DNA of 64,000 nt. Origin: Chitinophagaceae bacterium (GTDB lineage Bacteria > Bacteroidota > Bacteroidia > Chitinophagales > Chitinophagaceae). A program made the position numbers and the translations under genes. The stretch lies in the NCBI GenBank assembly GCA_047606825.1, contig JASGDY010000131.1, positions 3,657 to 67,656 on the forward strand, in the 5' to 3' direction. Under the pieces are notes generated by a model, which worked only from the letters and a program-made list of their open reading frames with translations, ran no database searches and was not told the origin of the DNA. This document shows positions 9,360 through 20,322 of this stretch, in pieces; the stretch's first letter is position 1; the number at the start of each line of letters is the position of its first letter.

Positions 9360-11003
9360 TTAGTAATAGCTAACAGCTGGAACATCTGCCGCAAGATTCG
9401 GGTTTTGGTCTATCTCGCTTTGAGGTATGGAAAAAAGAAGCTTTGAGGCATCGAATATAATTTTATTGCTCACCACGGAGCCGCCGCCATAACCGCTGTA
9501 CCTTCCTCTTTCCCGCTGGCTGAGCCAGGTAATCGCATCTGCCTGCGGCATCCTCAGCACATCATACCAGTACATACCCTCAAAAGCAAATTCCAGCCTG
9601 CGCTCGTGGAGGATGTCGGCAAAACTTATGCTGGTCTCGGAGGCCAGCCCGGCGCGGTTCCTCACTTCGTTAAATGCGGCCAATGCATTTGCATCGCTGG
9701 TTGATGTTCCACCTGCCAGTATGGCTTCTGCATAAGTGAGCAACACATCGGCATACCGGATCATATAAGTATTAATCCCGGTACTCATAGAATAAACGCC
9801 CCCGGTAGAAGCATTGTCTGCGTAAGTTCCCACCACATATTTTTTTGCATTGCCTCCGGTAAGGGAAATATATCCGGGATAAGTATAGCCTCCGCTTGCC
9901 TGTAGTAATTCAGAATAAGTATCGCTTATACTGCCGCCAACCGGGTTAACCATATAAGTTGGTTTTCTTCTTAAATCCGTATAAACATTACTTACAATCC
10001 CTTCTTCCTGAAACTCGGTCTGTAGATCGAGTGTTGGCCTAAAACTGCCCCAGCCATCGGTGCCGCCGGTGAGCCCCTGGTTGTAAGCGGCGCAATAGGA
10101 CTGGGTAACATTGCCTGTACCATAAGCGCCGCTGGCATTGCTGGCAACCCATTGCAGGGCAAAGATCGATTCTGAATTGTTGTTGTTTTTTGTATAGAAC
10201 AGATCGGCGTAGTCACTTAGCAGCTCATATCCGTAAGTAGACTTATTGCTGATGACAGCCCAGGCTTCTTCCGCTGCTGCCGCATAATCCGTAGCCGGGG
10301 TTATACTGGCATCGGCATTGTTAGCCGCTCTTGTCAGGTAGACCTTTGCCAGTAACGCGAGTGCGGCTCCTTTAGATACACGCCCCGCATCGGTTTGCGT
10401 ATTAGGCAGATAGGTTTCTGCAAATTCAAGATCAGTGATTATAAATTTGTAAATATCCTTTACGATGTGTTTTGGCTGCAGATAGTCCGTCTCTATATCC
10501 AGAGTTTCCGGAATAATGGGTACTTCCCCATACAGCCGGACCAGGTAAAAATAAGCGATGGCCCGGTGGAATCTGGCCTCCGCCAATGCCACGTTCAACA
10601 CAGAGGTATCCACACCCGACGAATACAGTGAAATGTTTTTCATTACTGCATTGGCCTGCCCTATAACCTGGTAAAGACTTGCCCAGCCTTTATAAAGATA
10701 TTGGTTACCGGTAGTAAAAGACACGTTTTGGAACTGCAGCATATCCGCATCTGCATCGCCGGTTGAGTTGCCCGAACAAACATCCCCAACGCCCATACTG
10801 AACTGGCAGTTGAAGAAAAACCAAGGCTGTCCATACAGCGCGGCAGTAGCAGTCTGCACGCCGGTTGCGGTAGCGTACACTTCTTCAACAGTATAGTTAC
10901 TTTGGGTAGTGCCGTCAAAGAAGGATTTTTTACATCCGGCAACCGCAATAACTGCAAAAAGCAGAAACAATTGTAATTTTTTAAATATCGAATATGTTTT
11001 CAT
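9360..11003 (-). CDS. SusD/RagB family glycan-binding lipoprotein (pair 1)
   Basis: Lipobox VAGC; AEARFHRAIAYFYLVRLYGEVP, GRVSKGAALALLAKVYL, IRYADVLLTYAEA, ERRLEFAFEG. Start taken at ATG 11003 (MKTYSIF). Confidence 0.93.
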   Translation of the reverse strand: MKTYSIFKKLQLFLLFAVIAVAGCKKSFFDGTTQSNYTVEEVYATATGVQTATAALYGQPWFFFNCQFSMGVGDVCSGNSTGDADADMLQFQNVSFTTGNQYLYKGWASLYQVIGQANAVMKNISLYSSGVDTSVLNVALAEARFHRAIAYFYLVRLYGEVPIIPETLDIETDYLQPKHIVKDIYKFIITDLEFAETYLPNTQTDAGRVSKGAALALLAKVYLTRAANNADASITPATDYAAAAEEAWAVISNKSTYGYELLSDYADLFYTKNNNNSESIFALQWVASNASGAYGTGNVTQSYCAAYNQGLTGGTDGWGSFRPTLDLQTEFQEEGIVSNVYTDLRRKPTYMVNPVGGSISDTYSELLQASGGYTYPGYISLTGGNAKKYVVGTYADNASTGGVYSMSTGINTYMIRYADVLLTYAEAILAGGTSTSDANALAAFNEVRNRAGLASETSISFADILHERRLEFAFEGMYWYDVLRMPQADAITWLSQRERGRYSGYGGGSVVSNKIIFDASKLLFSIPQSEIDQNPNLAADVPAVSYY

Positions 11004-11034
11004 GACTGTATCGTTTATTAGGATTTTCAGTAAA

Positions 11035-14000
11035 TTAAAATTCAGCGTTAATACCAAATGTCACTGTCCGGGGCACCGGATAGCGTCCCATGTCAATGCC
11101 GGTTCTGAATATATCATAGTTCATGGAACCTATTTCAGGGTCGTAACCTGAGTAATGTGTGAATGTGTACACATTCTGAACGGCTATATAGGTCTTTAGT
11201 TTACTGATGAATTTCGGAACGATTTTACTGTTGGGGGAAATAGTGTACGCCAGCTGTATGTTTTGTATTCTCAGGTAAGATCCGTCTTCAATAAACCTGT
11301 CTGATATTTGTGTGGCATTTCCGTTAGGGTCGCCATTGGCATACCTAGGGATATTGGTATTCGGGTTTTCGGGTGTCCATCTGTACTTTACAGATTTCAT
11401 CTGATTGCCCGAAGCGGCTGTCATTCCCTCGCCCCAGACCCTGGTATAGTTGTACACATCATTACCATAAACGCCGTTGGCAAATATGGTTAAATCAAAG
11501 TTCTTGTATGTAAAATTGTTATTAAAACCAAAGGTGAAGTCTGGATTGGGATTACCAATGATGGTACGGTCATTTTCATCTATTACCCCGTCTCCGTTAA
11601 TGTCTTTAAATTGGATATCACCCAGATAAGTTCCTGATTTGGCATCAATACTATTGCCATTTTTAATGGGTACCGAATACAATTTTTCCAAGTTGCGTAT
11701 GATACCCACGGTTTTCAGGCCATAAAACAGCCCTACCGGCTGTCCGACAGTAGTATAGGTGATAGTTTGACCACCATTTGTTGCTATGGCTCTATATATG
11801 GCACTTACGCTTGTTGTAAGCTTTTTGACTGTATTTTTATAGCGGGAGAAAATGAGCGTGCTGTTCCAGTTAAAATCTTTCTTACCGGCTGTATGATATT
11901 TTAGCGTCAAATCAAATCCCCTATTCTGCATTTTACCCAGATTCACATACCGCGATGCAATTCCGGAAGCCGAGCCTTGGCTGGCAACACCGGTGCCGGT
12001 TATATAGGGAGCCGGGTCGGGAAAGAGAAATTTATCAGATATTTTATTATACAGTTCAAGTGTCAGATCGAACCGTTTTGCAAATGACGCGTCTATTCCT
12101 ATGTTGGTGGACTGCTGGTGCTCCCATGTCAAATCGGGGTTGGCGTAATTGCCCTGAACATAGCCTGCGCCGCTACCAAATGCAGTTTGGTTGATGAACA
12201 CCTGATTCATATAAGTACCCCAGGCATATTGAGATATGTTTTGGTTGCCCACTTCACCATAACCGACCCTTAGCTTAAGGTAGTTCAGGAATGGATTCTT
12301 TTTAAGAAATTTTTCTTCTGAGATCGTCCAGGCCACTGCCGCCGCAGGAAAATAACCCACCTGTTTACCCGGGGCAAAATTGGAAGATCGATCCCTGCGC
12401 AGCGTGCCGGTAAATGAATACTTATTATCAAAATTATAGAGAAGCCGTCCAAAATAGGATTCCTGTGCATTATAGCCCTTGGATTCTGTGCTGCTGGCAG
12501 TAGCCGGGTCCCCTTCGCTTAATGAGGTGGGGTCGTTTGTTAAAAATCTAGATCTTGATGAAGTGATTACATCATACTTGTTCTGGCTTACTTCGCGGCC
12601 CAGCATAAACGTAATATCATTTCTTTCAATTTTGTTTTTATACGTCAATACAGACCGCCAGTTCCAGTAAGCAGCATTATTGGTCTGCACATTCATGGTG
12701 TTAAGTGTATTGGTCACACTTCCCCATGTATAAGTGGGCACAAATGTTTGTGATTTATTCCAGTTAAGATCGGAGCCGAAATCTGAACGCAGGTTGAGAT
12801 GTTTACCAAAAGCCACCTGTGCAAAAAGGTTATTCAGAAACCGGCTTTTATCATTCGTGGTATGCCAGGTTTTGGCCTGTGCTACAGGGTTGCCTGCGCC
12901 CACACTGCCAAAACCGCCATTAGCCTGGGTCTCATCGGGGCCGCCAAAAGTGCCATCTACAACATTATAAACAGGCACATCAGGAGCCTGCAATATGGCC
13001 ATAGCTATTACATTACCAAAGCTGTTATTGGCATTATTGGTCAGGGTTACTTTTTGGTTATTAGTTGAATACGTAGCATTGATACCCATTTTCAGCCATT
13101 GGGTCACATCCGTTTCTAAGTTGAGCCTCACAGATTTCCTTTTCAATCCGGATCCTATTATTGTTCCTTCCTGGTCGTAATAGTTGCCGGATATATAATA
13201 GTTAACACCCTTTGTTCCTCCGGATAAGGCTAATTGATGGTTTTGCTGCACGGCTCTTGTAAATATTTCCCGCTGCCAGTCTGTACCATAACCTAACAGG
13301 CTGATATTGGCATATTGGGATTGCCGATCCTCACCCCTAAAGTCAGCTATATCATTTTTATAGGCGGCATATTCCTTTAGGTTGAGCAATTCCAGATATC
13401 TCGAATTGTTGGAGGCACCTATATAAGAATCGAGAGTAATTTTGCTTTGGCCGGGCTTGCCTTTTTTGGTGGTAATGATCACTACCCCGTTAGCTGCTTT
13501 ATTGCCATAGATAGCGGTAGCAGACGCGTCTTTTAAGATATCAACGCTCAATATATCCGACGCATTAAGGCTTGCCAGGGCACTCATTTTTGTTTCACCA
13601 TCCCCTGCAATGGAGAGCACATCGTTGTTGCTGTTTCCGTCCACGGGTACACCGTCGATAACGTATAAAGGCTCATTGCTCCCGAGTGAAGAAATACCCC
13701 TGATCTTTACAGATACGCCGCCACCCGGTGCTCCGGAGTTTTGGGTGACACTTACACCGGCAACACGCCCCTGCAACATTTGGTCGATACCGGCCTGGGG
13801 CACATTCCTGATGTCTTCGGCCTTGATGGACGATATGGCTCCGGTAAGGTCTTTTTTCTTTACCTCACCATAGCCGATAACTACCACCTGGTCAAGCTGG
13901 CTGCTGGTCGATTGTAATTGTACTTTTAGTGTTTTGTTGGTTTCGCTCACCAATATTTCTTGTGTGCCATAGCCCAAATAGGAAAATATGAGCGTGCTTT

Positions 14001-14250
14001 TGGGTGATGTTTGAATTTTAAACGAACCATCATTTTCGGTAACGGTACCTTTTGTGCCGCCTTTAACTCGTACTAATGTGCCGGGTAGCGGCTGTTTGTT
14101 TTCGTCAGTCACCAAACCTGTAACGGTAACGAGGTTTTGAGAAAAACCCTTTAAGTTGCTAAGCACAATAAAAGCAATTAAACAGCATGTTTTTAAGCTT
14201 TTTTGACACTTGCTTGCAGGGCTTAAGAAACAGATGAAAAGTTGTCTCAT
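11035..14250 (-). CDS. SusC/RagA TonB-dependent outer-membrane transporter (pair 1)
   Basis: QVVVIGYG, LKDASATAIYGNKAANGVVIITTKKG, NPDLTWE, C-terminal YPVPRTVTFGINAEF. Confidence 0.95.
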   Translation of the reverse strand: MRQLFICFLSPASKCQKSLKTCCLIAFIVLSNLKGFSQNLVTVTGLVTDENKQPLPGTLVRVKGGTKGTVTENDGSFKIQTSPKSTLIFSYLGYGTQEILVSETNKTLKVQLQSTSSQLDQVVVIGYGEVKKKDLTGAISSIKAEDIRNVPQAGIDQMLQGRVAGVSVTQNSGAPGGGVSVKIRGISSLGSNEPLYVIDGVPVDGNSNNDVLSIAGDGETKMSALASLNASDILSVDILKDASATAIYGNKAANGVVIITTKKGKPGQSKITLDSYIGASNNSRYLELLNLKEYAAYKNDIADFRGEDRQSQYANISLLGYGTDWQREIFTRAVQQNHQLALSGGTKGVNYYISGNYYDQEGTIIGSGLKRKSVRLNLETDVTQWLKMGINATYSTNNQKVTLTNNANNSFGNVIAMAILQAPDVPVYNVVDGTFGGPDETQANGGFGSVGAGNPVAQAKTWHTTNDKSRFLNNLFAQVAFGKHLNLRSDFGSDLNWNKSQTFVPTYTWGSVTNTLNTMNVQTNNAAYWNWRSVLTYKNKIERNDITFMLGREVSQNKYDVITSSRSRFLTNDPTSLSEGDPATASSTESKGYNAQESYFGRLLYNFDNKYSFTGTLRRDRSSNFAPGKQVGYFPAAAVAWTISEEKFLKKNPFLNYLKLRVGYGEVGNQNISQYAWGTYMNQVFINQTAFGSGAGYVQGNYANPDLTWEHQQSTNIGIDASFAKRFDLTLELYNKISDKFLFPDPAPYITGTGVASQGSASGIASRYVNLGKMQNRGFDLTLKYHTAGKKDFNWNSTLIFSRYKNTVKKLTTSVSAIYRAIATNGGQTITYTTVGQPVGLFYGLKTVGIIRNLEKLYSVPIKNGNSIDAKSGTYLGDIQFKDINGDGVIDENDRTIIGNPNPDFTFGFNNNFTYKNFDLTIFANGVYGNDVYNYTRVWGEGMTAASGNQMKSVKYRWTPENPNTNIPRYANGDPNGNATQISDRFIEDGSYLRIQNIQLAYTISPNSKIVPKFISKLKTYIAVQNVYTFTHYSGYDPEIGSMNYDIFRTGIDMGRYPVPRTVTFGINAEF

Positions 14251-14329
14251 AATTTATAGTTATTGGTTATATTTTTTGGTTAGTAAAGGCGTTGTTAAAC
14301 CTATAATGCTTTTGTGTGAAAATTGAGCA

Positions 14330-14732
14330 TAGCCAACATTAAGATGGCACATCAAGCCTTCAATACATGGGATTTTACTTCAGGAAATAAAGAGTTGTAA
14401 GAATTAAATGGTCTGGTTTTATATACATAATCGTGCTTCAACGCTTTCAAAGATTGTTTTGTATAAACCCATATCTGATCGATAGAGGTTGGATCAGCGC
14501 GTTTTAATGAACCATCTGTACCTGTCCCGGTTTTTAAGTTGATGACCGTTACCCCCGCTAAGAGTTTGCCATCCTTGTCACTGACATGACCCGTTATCTT
14601 TAGGGTTTGGCCATGTGCATTTTCTAACGAACCCAGACAAAAAAATACGATTAAAAGCAAGATAGAGTGTAAAAAAGGATGCGTCCCTACGCAAGCAATC
14701 CGTTTTACCTCATTCAGATTTGGTCTGTCCAT
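14330..14732 (-). pseudogene. Truncated susC remnant: 5' end of a susC2-like allele fused across a 990-bp in-frame deletion to an internal segment, then frameshifted
   Basis: 14518-14732 matches 19965-20179 and 14330-14520 matches ~18787-18977. The junction carries the shared trinucleotide GTA (14518-14520; 18975-18977 and 19965-19967 in the intact gene). A 1-bp deletion near 14370 breaks the frame. Confidence 0.88.
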
Positions 14733-14858
14733 AGCATGTTGATTTAATAATAGTTAAGAATGTGAAAGAAGATTTTTGTATCATTTTTTTTACTTCTCCT
14801 TGCCAATTACGCAGCGAACAAACAATCGTTAGGCAAATGTAAAGCAATTCTTAAATAA

Positions 14859-14872
14859 TGTAACCGATTTCA
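14859..14872. promoter_or_regulatory. LacI-type operator TGTAACCGATTTCA, just upstream of minus-strand -7 element TACATTTG (14834-14841)
   Basis: Matches the TGNAACCGATTNCA consensus; lies within the duplicated promoter. Confidence 0.7.
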
Positions 14873-15066
14873 AATATTTTTTTAAAAAATTCTACGGCCT
14901 CTCATTTTCAAAAAAACTGCAAAAAAATCGAACTGCCCTTCCAGCAAAAGAAAAAATTCTAAAAAGCAACCAAACTACATGGTTTAGCCCCTAATAAGAC
15001 ATAAAACTTACACAGTTTTATTATCTAAGGACAGTCTAACATTGCAAATCCTAAAATTTAACAATG

Positions 15067-17040
15067 TCATTCTTGATATTGCGGATTTTGATATGCTGTC
15101 TTTTCTGCATCCGTTAGATCAAGAGCATCAATTTGAGTTTGAGGAATCGGACGTAAATAATATCCAGAAGTTAAAGTACGCGTAACAGTAGAGGTAGAAT
15201 GGTCCGAAAAGCTAGCACCGGTTCCAATTGTATAAGTACCAGCCAAATCAGTCCACTGCTGTGTTCTAACGAGATCATACCAACGATATCCTTCACCGTA
15301 ATATTCCCTTGAACGTTCCGCTAAAATATAAGCAATGGTAATGGTCGAAGGAGTAGCTGCTATCATTTCTGCACTATAATCTTCCGAAACCTCCTCATTG
15401 TTATACCTACTATAAGACCAAACACCCGCTCTAGCCCTTATCACATTAATCAAACCTCTAGCAGTACCGTCATTTGCATAAGTGCCGGAGATAGCACTAG
15501 TAGTAGCACCTTTCACAGCCGCTTCCGCTGCTATAAAAAAAAGTTCAGAAAACTTTGCTATATTCCAAGGTCTTGTACTACCAGCATTAGGCTCTCCTAA
15601 TCCTGTACCATTATCCGTACGATAAGGACCAATTTTCCAGTTACCAGGATACAAGATCCTACTTACTTTACTAGGTTCTACTACATAATCAGCGCTGCCT
15701 GACAATGTACCAGCTCCAATATTACTTGCATACGTTGTATTACTATAATCGACATCCGTTGTATCATTATTTAGAAAAGTTAATACAGCATCACCTTCAG
15801 TTATAGCTAATCCATTTGCATTATACAATTGAGAATAGCTATCGCTAAGTCCAGATTCATCCATATTACACCTATATCTTAAAGTAAATGTCCCATCATA
15901 TCTAGAATCATTTACTTTGTCAGAAAACGTGGTGGTAAAAACAGATAATGGCGGGGCAATCATATACCAAGGCCGACCCAGATCCTGTATTGCTTGCCGC
16001 TGTACTGAATTTACCAGTGTACTACTCCAATCAGAGGTAATCGAACTATTAATTAACGGATAATTAAATTGTTCAAACCAGCTACCAAAATTATCAGGAG
16101 AAGAACCGGAAGAATAAGAAGTACTAGAAAGTCCACCATACTGAGTAGAAAGACTATGATCTGCATACAACAGAATCTCGCTATTTCTATCATTAGTAGC
16201 GACATTCACCTGGTAAAAGCTACTCTGCAACCCAAAGCTTCCGGGATTATTTATGGCTTCAGAAGCCACATCATAGGCTTCTTGATAATACCATGCCGCA
16301 TTATGGCCGTCAGGATCTGTTCTGTCCGCAGTGGGATATGTCGGGATATTATTGGGATTCTCAAGCCACCATGCATATGTCAAATATGCTTTTGCTAAAT
16401 ATAACCTTGCCAATGTTTGTGTCACGCCTCCCGTGACTCTTCCAGCTACTGGTAAATTGGCAATCGCCGAATCTAAATCAGGAAAAATAGCTTCTGTGTA
16501 AACTTCAGAAACGGTATTGCGGGTAGAACTTTGAGAAGACGAGGTATTATATAACAAATCACCAGATCCCAAATCCAATGGCACACCTCCAAAAGTCTGC
16601 ACTAACATAAAATAATAAAAAGCACGAAAAAAATGCGCTTCAGCTATAACAGAACTTTCAACTCCAGCATCGTAACCATACTCGATAACACCATTTGCGG
16701 TGTTTATACCGACGAAGGCATTTGTCCATAATGTATTGGCATTACTATTGGATCCGGTTAGGCTTCCCGTTCCAGACATATCCATTATCCCAGATGAATT
16801 GGTTCCATATGTACTTTCGTCAGTACCTGTTTGACTTGCATCCAAAAAATAACCATTGCCATAATAATAACGCAAATTATAATATAAATAGGTAATTGCG
16901 CCCGTAATTCCAGCTTCCGTTTTGAAATATTCAGAAGTATAGGTACTTTTGGATGTTTCATCCAAAATTTTTTTACATCCAGTAAGACCAACTATTAAAA
17001 TAGCAAAAAGCATAACTAGATTTATATAAATCCTTTTCAT
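15067..17040 (-). CDS. SusD/RagB family glycan-binding lipoprotein (pair 2)
   Basis: Lipobox LTGC; AEAHFFRAFYYFMLVQTFGGVP, AERSREYYGEGYRWYDLVRT. Start taken at ATG 17040 (MKRIYINL). Confidence 0.93.
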   Translation of the reverse strand: MKRIYINLVMLFAILIVGLTGCKKILDETSKSTYTSEYFKTEAGITGAITYLYYNLRYYYGNGYFLDASQTGTDESTYGTNSSGIMDMSGTGSLTGSNSNANTLWTNAFVGINTANGVIEYGYDAGVESSVIAEAHFFRAFYYFMLVQTFGGVPLDLGSGDLLYNTSSSQSSTRNTVSEVYTEAIFPDLDSAIANLPVAGRVTGGVTQTLARLYLAKAYLTYAWWLENPNNIPTYPTADRTDPDGHNAAWYYQEAYDVASEAINNPGSFGLQSSFYQVNVATNDRNSEILLYADHSLSTQYGGLSSTSYSSGSSPDNFGSWFEQFNYPLINSSITSDWSSTLVNSVQRQAIQDLGRPWYMIAPPLSVFTTTFSDKVNDSRYDGTFTLRYRCNMDESGLSDSYSQLYNANGLAITEGDAVLTFLNNDTTDVDYSNTTYASNIGAGTLSGSADYVVEPSKVSRILYPGNWKIGPYRTDNGTGLGEPNAGSTRPWNIAKFSELFFIAAEAAVKGATTSAISGTYANDGTARGLINVIRARAGVWSYSRYNNEEVSEDYSAEMIAATPSTITIAYILAERSREYYGEGYRWYDLVRTQQWTDLAGTYTIGTGASFSDHSTSTVTRTLTSGYYLRPIPQTQIDALDLTDAEKTAYQNPQYQE

Positions 17041-17050
17041 TTTGTAAGAT

Positions 17051-20000
17051 TTAGAATGATAAGTTAACACCTAAGATATAATTGTATGTAGTCGGGGTAT
17101 TATAACCAACAACCAATAGCCTACTAGGATAACCAGAAACGGCTTGATTGGAAGTACCCGTAGAATTTGGCTCTGGATCCAAGCCCGATTCTTTATGATA
17201 AGGGGAGAAAAAAACAAAAGGGCCTTGGGCCGTCGCATACACCCTTAATCTAGTAATACCAACTTTTTTCATCCAATCCCTGCGAAAATTATATCCCAAT
17301 GTCATTGTTCTTATTTTTAAATATGAACCACTGAAATATCCCAGGGTCGAACCATATTTAGGATTATTGCTACTGACAATCCCACCTGGATAAGGATATT
17401 TTGCATTTGTATGTTCCGGCGTCCAATAATCAACTTTTACATTATTCTGACGTCCAGACAAAGTATTCAAATAGCTAGCTGAACCATATAAAGTACTAAT
17501 AAGAACGCCTCCACTTTGAAACCCGCCGACAATATTCAGTTCCCAATCTTTGTAGGTAAAATGTGAATTGAAGCCGCCCTGGAATGTTGGCTGTAGATTA
17601 ATTATTTGTCTATCGGCAGTACCAATGGCTCTGGTGGGTGATCCATCAGAATTATAAGTACCGGTATATTGCACCTTTATCATACCGGCGTTACCCCCTG
17701 GTTCATAAGTCTGTAGATATTGATAATCGTTATCCGTTGTTTGCCAAAGACCTATCTTCTTGTAATCATAAACAACATCGATTGGATGGCCAACAAACCA
17801 CCAGTTAGTCTGATCTTCCGTAGCTCCACTATTTAATGCTGTTAGCTTATTCCTATTAGCATATACATTAATGCCCGCATCCCAAGAAAAACCTCCCGGA
17901 TTGTCTATAATCGTTCCATTAAGAGATATTTCTAGACCCTTGTTCTGTGAACTACCAACATTCTCCAATACCTGGCTCACTCCCGAACTTGCTGGCAAAC
18001 TAACATACTGCAACAAATCACTGGTCTTTTGACTGTAATATTCGATGGTGCCGGATATTCTATTGTTCAATAATGAAAAATCCACGGCAAAATTCCAGGT
18101 TTTTGTATATTCCCAACCTAAGTCAGAATTAGCTAAAAGTGAAGTATAATATCCTGTTGCATTCGTTGAAGTTCCATAATTATAACCAACAGAGGTTAAT
18201 TGCCCCTGGGTAGTATAAGGATCAACCGCTTGATTAGACGTTTGTCCATATCCTACTCTTAACTTCAAGTTATCCAAAAAATGAACATTTTGCATAAAAG
18301 CTTCTCTGGTTATATTCCAACCCACAGAAATCGCTGGATATGTATGCCATTTGTGACCTGCTGCTAGAACAGATGATCCATCTGAACGCAAAGTTGCAGT
18401 AGCCATATATTTATCGTCAAAAGAATATATGAGCCTTCCCATATATGATTGCAATCCTCTTTGCCAATAGCTCTGGGAATTAGGATCCACAGTGATGGCA
18501 CCGTTTTCATCCGTTACTGCCCCAATATTATAAAATTGAAATGCAGTATTTTCAATGCCAGTTGCACTAACTGTTGAATACCAATAAGTAGTTTGCTGAT
18601 TAGAATATAGTCCTGTAAAGTTTATCTTATGTTTAGCTGCAAAAGTGCGATCATAAATTAACAGATTTTCAATAATCCAATCATTTGTATGCGAATTACT
18701 GATTGTAGCTGTTGATATCGAAGATTCAGAATAGCTAAAAACGCCATATCCTTGGTAGTAACCGTAATTACTTTGGCGATAGTTCAAGCCAACATTGGCA
18801 CGGTACTTCAAACCTTCAATACCTGGAATTTTTACTTCTGCAAATAAAGAGTTATAAGAATTAAATGGTCTGGTTTTATCTACATAGTCGTTATTCAACG
18901 CTTCCAACGATTGTTTTGTATAAACCCATATCTGATCGATAGAGGTTGACACTGCACGTTTTAATGAACCATCTGTATCGTATGGATTAATTAATGGCGA
19001 AGCAGATAGAGCGCTATAAGAGCTTAATGAAGAACCGTTTGTAATCGAAAAATTCGAATTACTATTAAAACCTATCCTGATATTTTTTCCAAGCCATTGA
19101 TCTAATGATATGTGGAAAGCATATCTGGTATAGTTTTGCAAAGGCATGACCGCCTCATCACGGTAATAAGAAGCCCCTAAACTATAACTACCCCTTTTTG
19201 TACCACTGGTCATATTAATATCCTGGCTTGTAACGTTTCCCGTAGTGTACAGAAGCTTCTGCCAATCCGTATTTACAGCTCCAGAGGAATCTTCATCAGT
19301 TCCTAAATTAGGGTAGATGTTTGCTATTTCCTTTAATGTGGTATATTCCCGCCAATTCATCATAGGAATCTTCAATGCAGTCTTTAAACCATAATAACCA
19401 TTATATGTTACCTTAGGATCACTTCCCTGATTACCTTTATTTGTCGTCACTAATATAACCCCGTTAGCACCGCGAGATCCATAGATCGCAGTGGCAGAGG
19501 CGTCTTTTAAGATATCTAAACTTTTGATTTGGTTAGGATCTATATCGGCAAATGTTCCGGGGAAAGGTATACCATCCAATACGATAAGGGGGTCATTGGA
19601 TGCATTCAGGGATCTTGACCCACGAACACGGATTTGCGCGGTAGCCCCTGGCTTACTATCTGTCTGTAAGATCTGAACACCTGCCACCCTTCCTTGCAGG
19701 GCTTGGGAAACATTGGCCGAAGGCATTTCATTCAAACTTGCGCCAGAAATAGAAGCAACAGACCCCGTAACAGCTTCTTTGCGCTGCGTACCATATCCCA
19801 CAACAATGACCTCTTCTAATTGCTTGGATATTGGCTCCAAGATCACCGTTAGAGGAGATTGATTAGACACTAATATTGATTTAGAGGCGTATCCTATATT
19901 ATTCATCTGAATGCTGTCCCCGACAGAAGCGGCAATATTGAAATTACCTGTTTCATTGGTAGCGGTACCTGCCCCGGTTTTAAGGTTGATGACCGACACG

Positions 20001-20179
20001 CCCGCTAAGGGTTTGCCATCTTTGTCACTGACATGACCCGTTATCTTTAGCGTTTGGCCATGTGCATTTTCTAACGAACCCAGACAAAAAAACACGATTA
20101 AAAGCAAGATAGAGTGTAAAAAAGGATGCGTCCCTTCGCAAGCAATCCCTTTTACCTCATTCACATTTGGTCTGTCCAT
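17051..20179 (-). CDS. SusC/RagA TonB-dependent outer-membrane transporter (pair 2)
   Basis: EEVIVVGYGTQ, LKDASATAIYGSRGANGVILVTT, NSDLGWE, C-terminal LGVNLSF. Confidence 0.95.
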   Translation of the reverse strand: MDRPNVNEVKGIACEGTHPFLHSILLLIVFFCLGSLENAHGQTLKITGHVSDKDGKPLAGVSVINLKTGAGTATNETGNFNIAASVGDSIQMNNIGYASKSILVSNQSPLTVILEPISKQLEEVIVVGYGTQRKEAVTGSVASISGASLNEMPSANVSQALQGRVAGVQILQTDSKPGATAQIRVRGSRSLNASNDPLIVLDGIPFPGTFADIDPNQIKSLDILKDASATAIYGSRGANGVILVTTNKGNQGSDPKVTYNGYYGLKTALKIPMMNWREYTTLKEIANIYPNLGTDEDSSGAVNTDWQKLLYTTGNVTSQDINMTSGTKRGSYSLGASYYRDEAVMPLQNYTRYAFHISLDQWLGKNIRIGFNSNSNFSITNGSSLSSYSALSASPLINPYDTDGSLKRAVSTSIDQIWVYTKQSLEALNNDYVDKTRPFNSYNSLFAEVKIPGIEGLKYRANVGLNYRQSNYGYYQGYGVFSYSESSISTATISNSHTNDWIIENLLIYDRTFAAKHKINFTGLYSNQQTTYWYSTVSATGIENTAFQFYNIGAVTDENGAITVDPNSQSYWQRGLQSYMGRLIYSFDDKYMATATLRSDGSSVLAAGHKWHTYPAISVGWNITREAFMQNVHFLDNLKLRVGYGQTSNQAVDPYTTQGQLTSVGYNYGTSTNATGYYTSLLANSDLGWEYTKTWNFAVDFSLLNNRISGTIEYYSQKTSDLLQYVSLPASSGVSQVLENVGSSQNKGLEISLNGTIIDNPGGFSWDAGINVYANRNKLTALNSGATEDQTNWWFVGHPIDVVYDYKKIGLWQTTDNDYQYLQTYEPGGNAGMIKVQYTGTYNSDGSPTRAIGTADRQIINLQPTFQGGFNSHFTYKDWELNIVGGFQSGGVLISTLYGSASYLNTLSGRQNNVKVDYWTPEHTNAKYPYPGGIVSSNNPKYGSTLGYFSGSYLKIRTMTLGYNFRRDWMKKVGITRLRVYATAQGPFVFFSPYHKESGLDPEPNSTGTSNQAVSGYPSRLLVVGYNTPTTYNYILGVNLSF

Positions 20180-20308
20180 ACCATGTTGATTTAATAATAA
20201 TAAAGAATGTGAAAGAAGATTTTTGTGTCATTTTTTTGCTTCTCTTTGTCAATTATGCAGAAAACAAACAAACAATCGTTTGGCAAATGTAAAGCAATTA
20301 TTAAATAA

Positions 20309-20322
20309 TGCAACCGATTTCA
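20309..20322. promoter_or_regulatory. LacI-type operator TGCAACCGATTTCA in the divergent susC2/GH43 intergenic region
   Basis: Consensus match; minus-strand -7 element TACATTTG nearby (CAAATGTA on + at 20284-20291). Confidence 0.7.

Larger units (their letters stand above)
14330..15005. repeat. Diverged direct duplication of the susC2 promoter and 5' region (partner segments 18787-18977 and 19965-20449)
   Basis: Long colinear matches by eye (roughly 85-93% identity), including the 5' UTR, promoter and operator. Confidence 0.9.
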
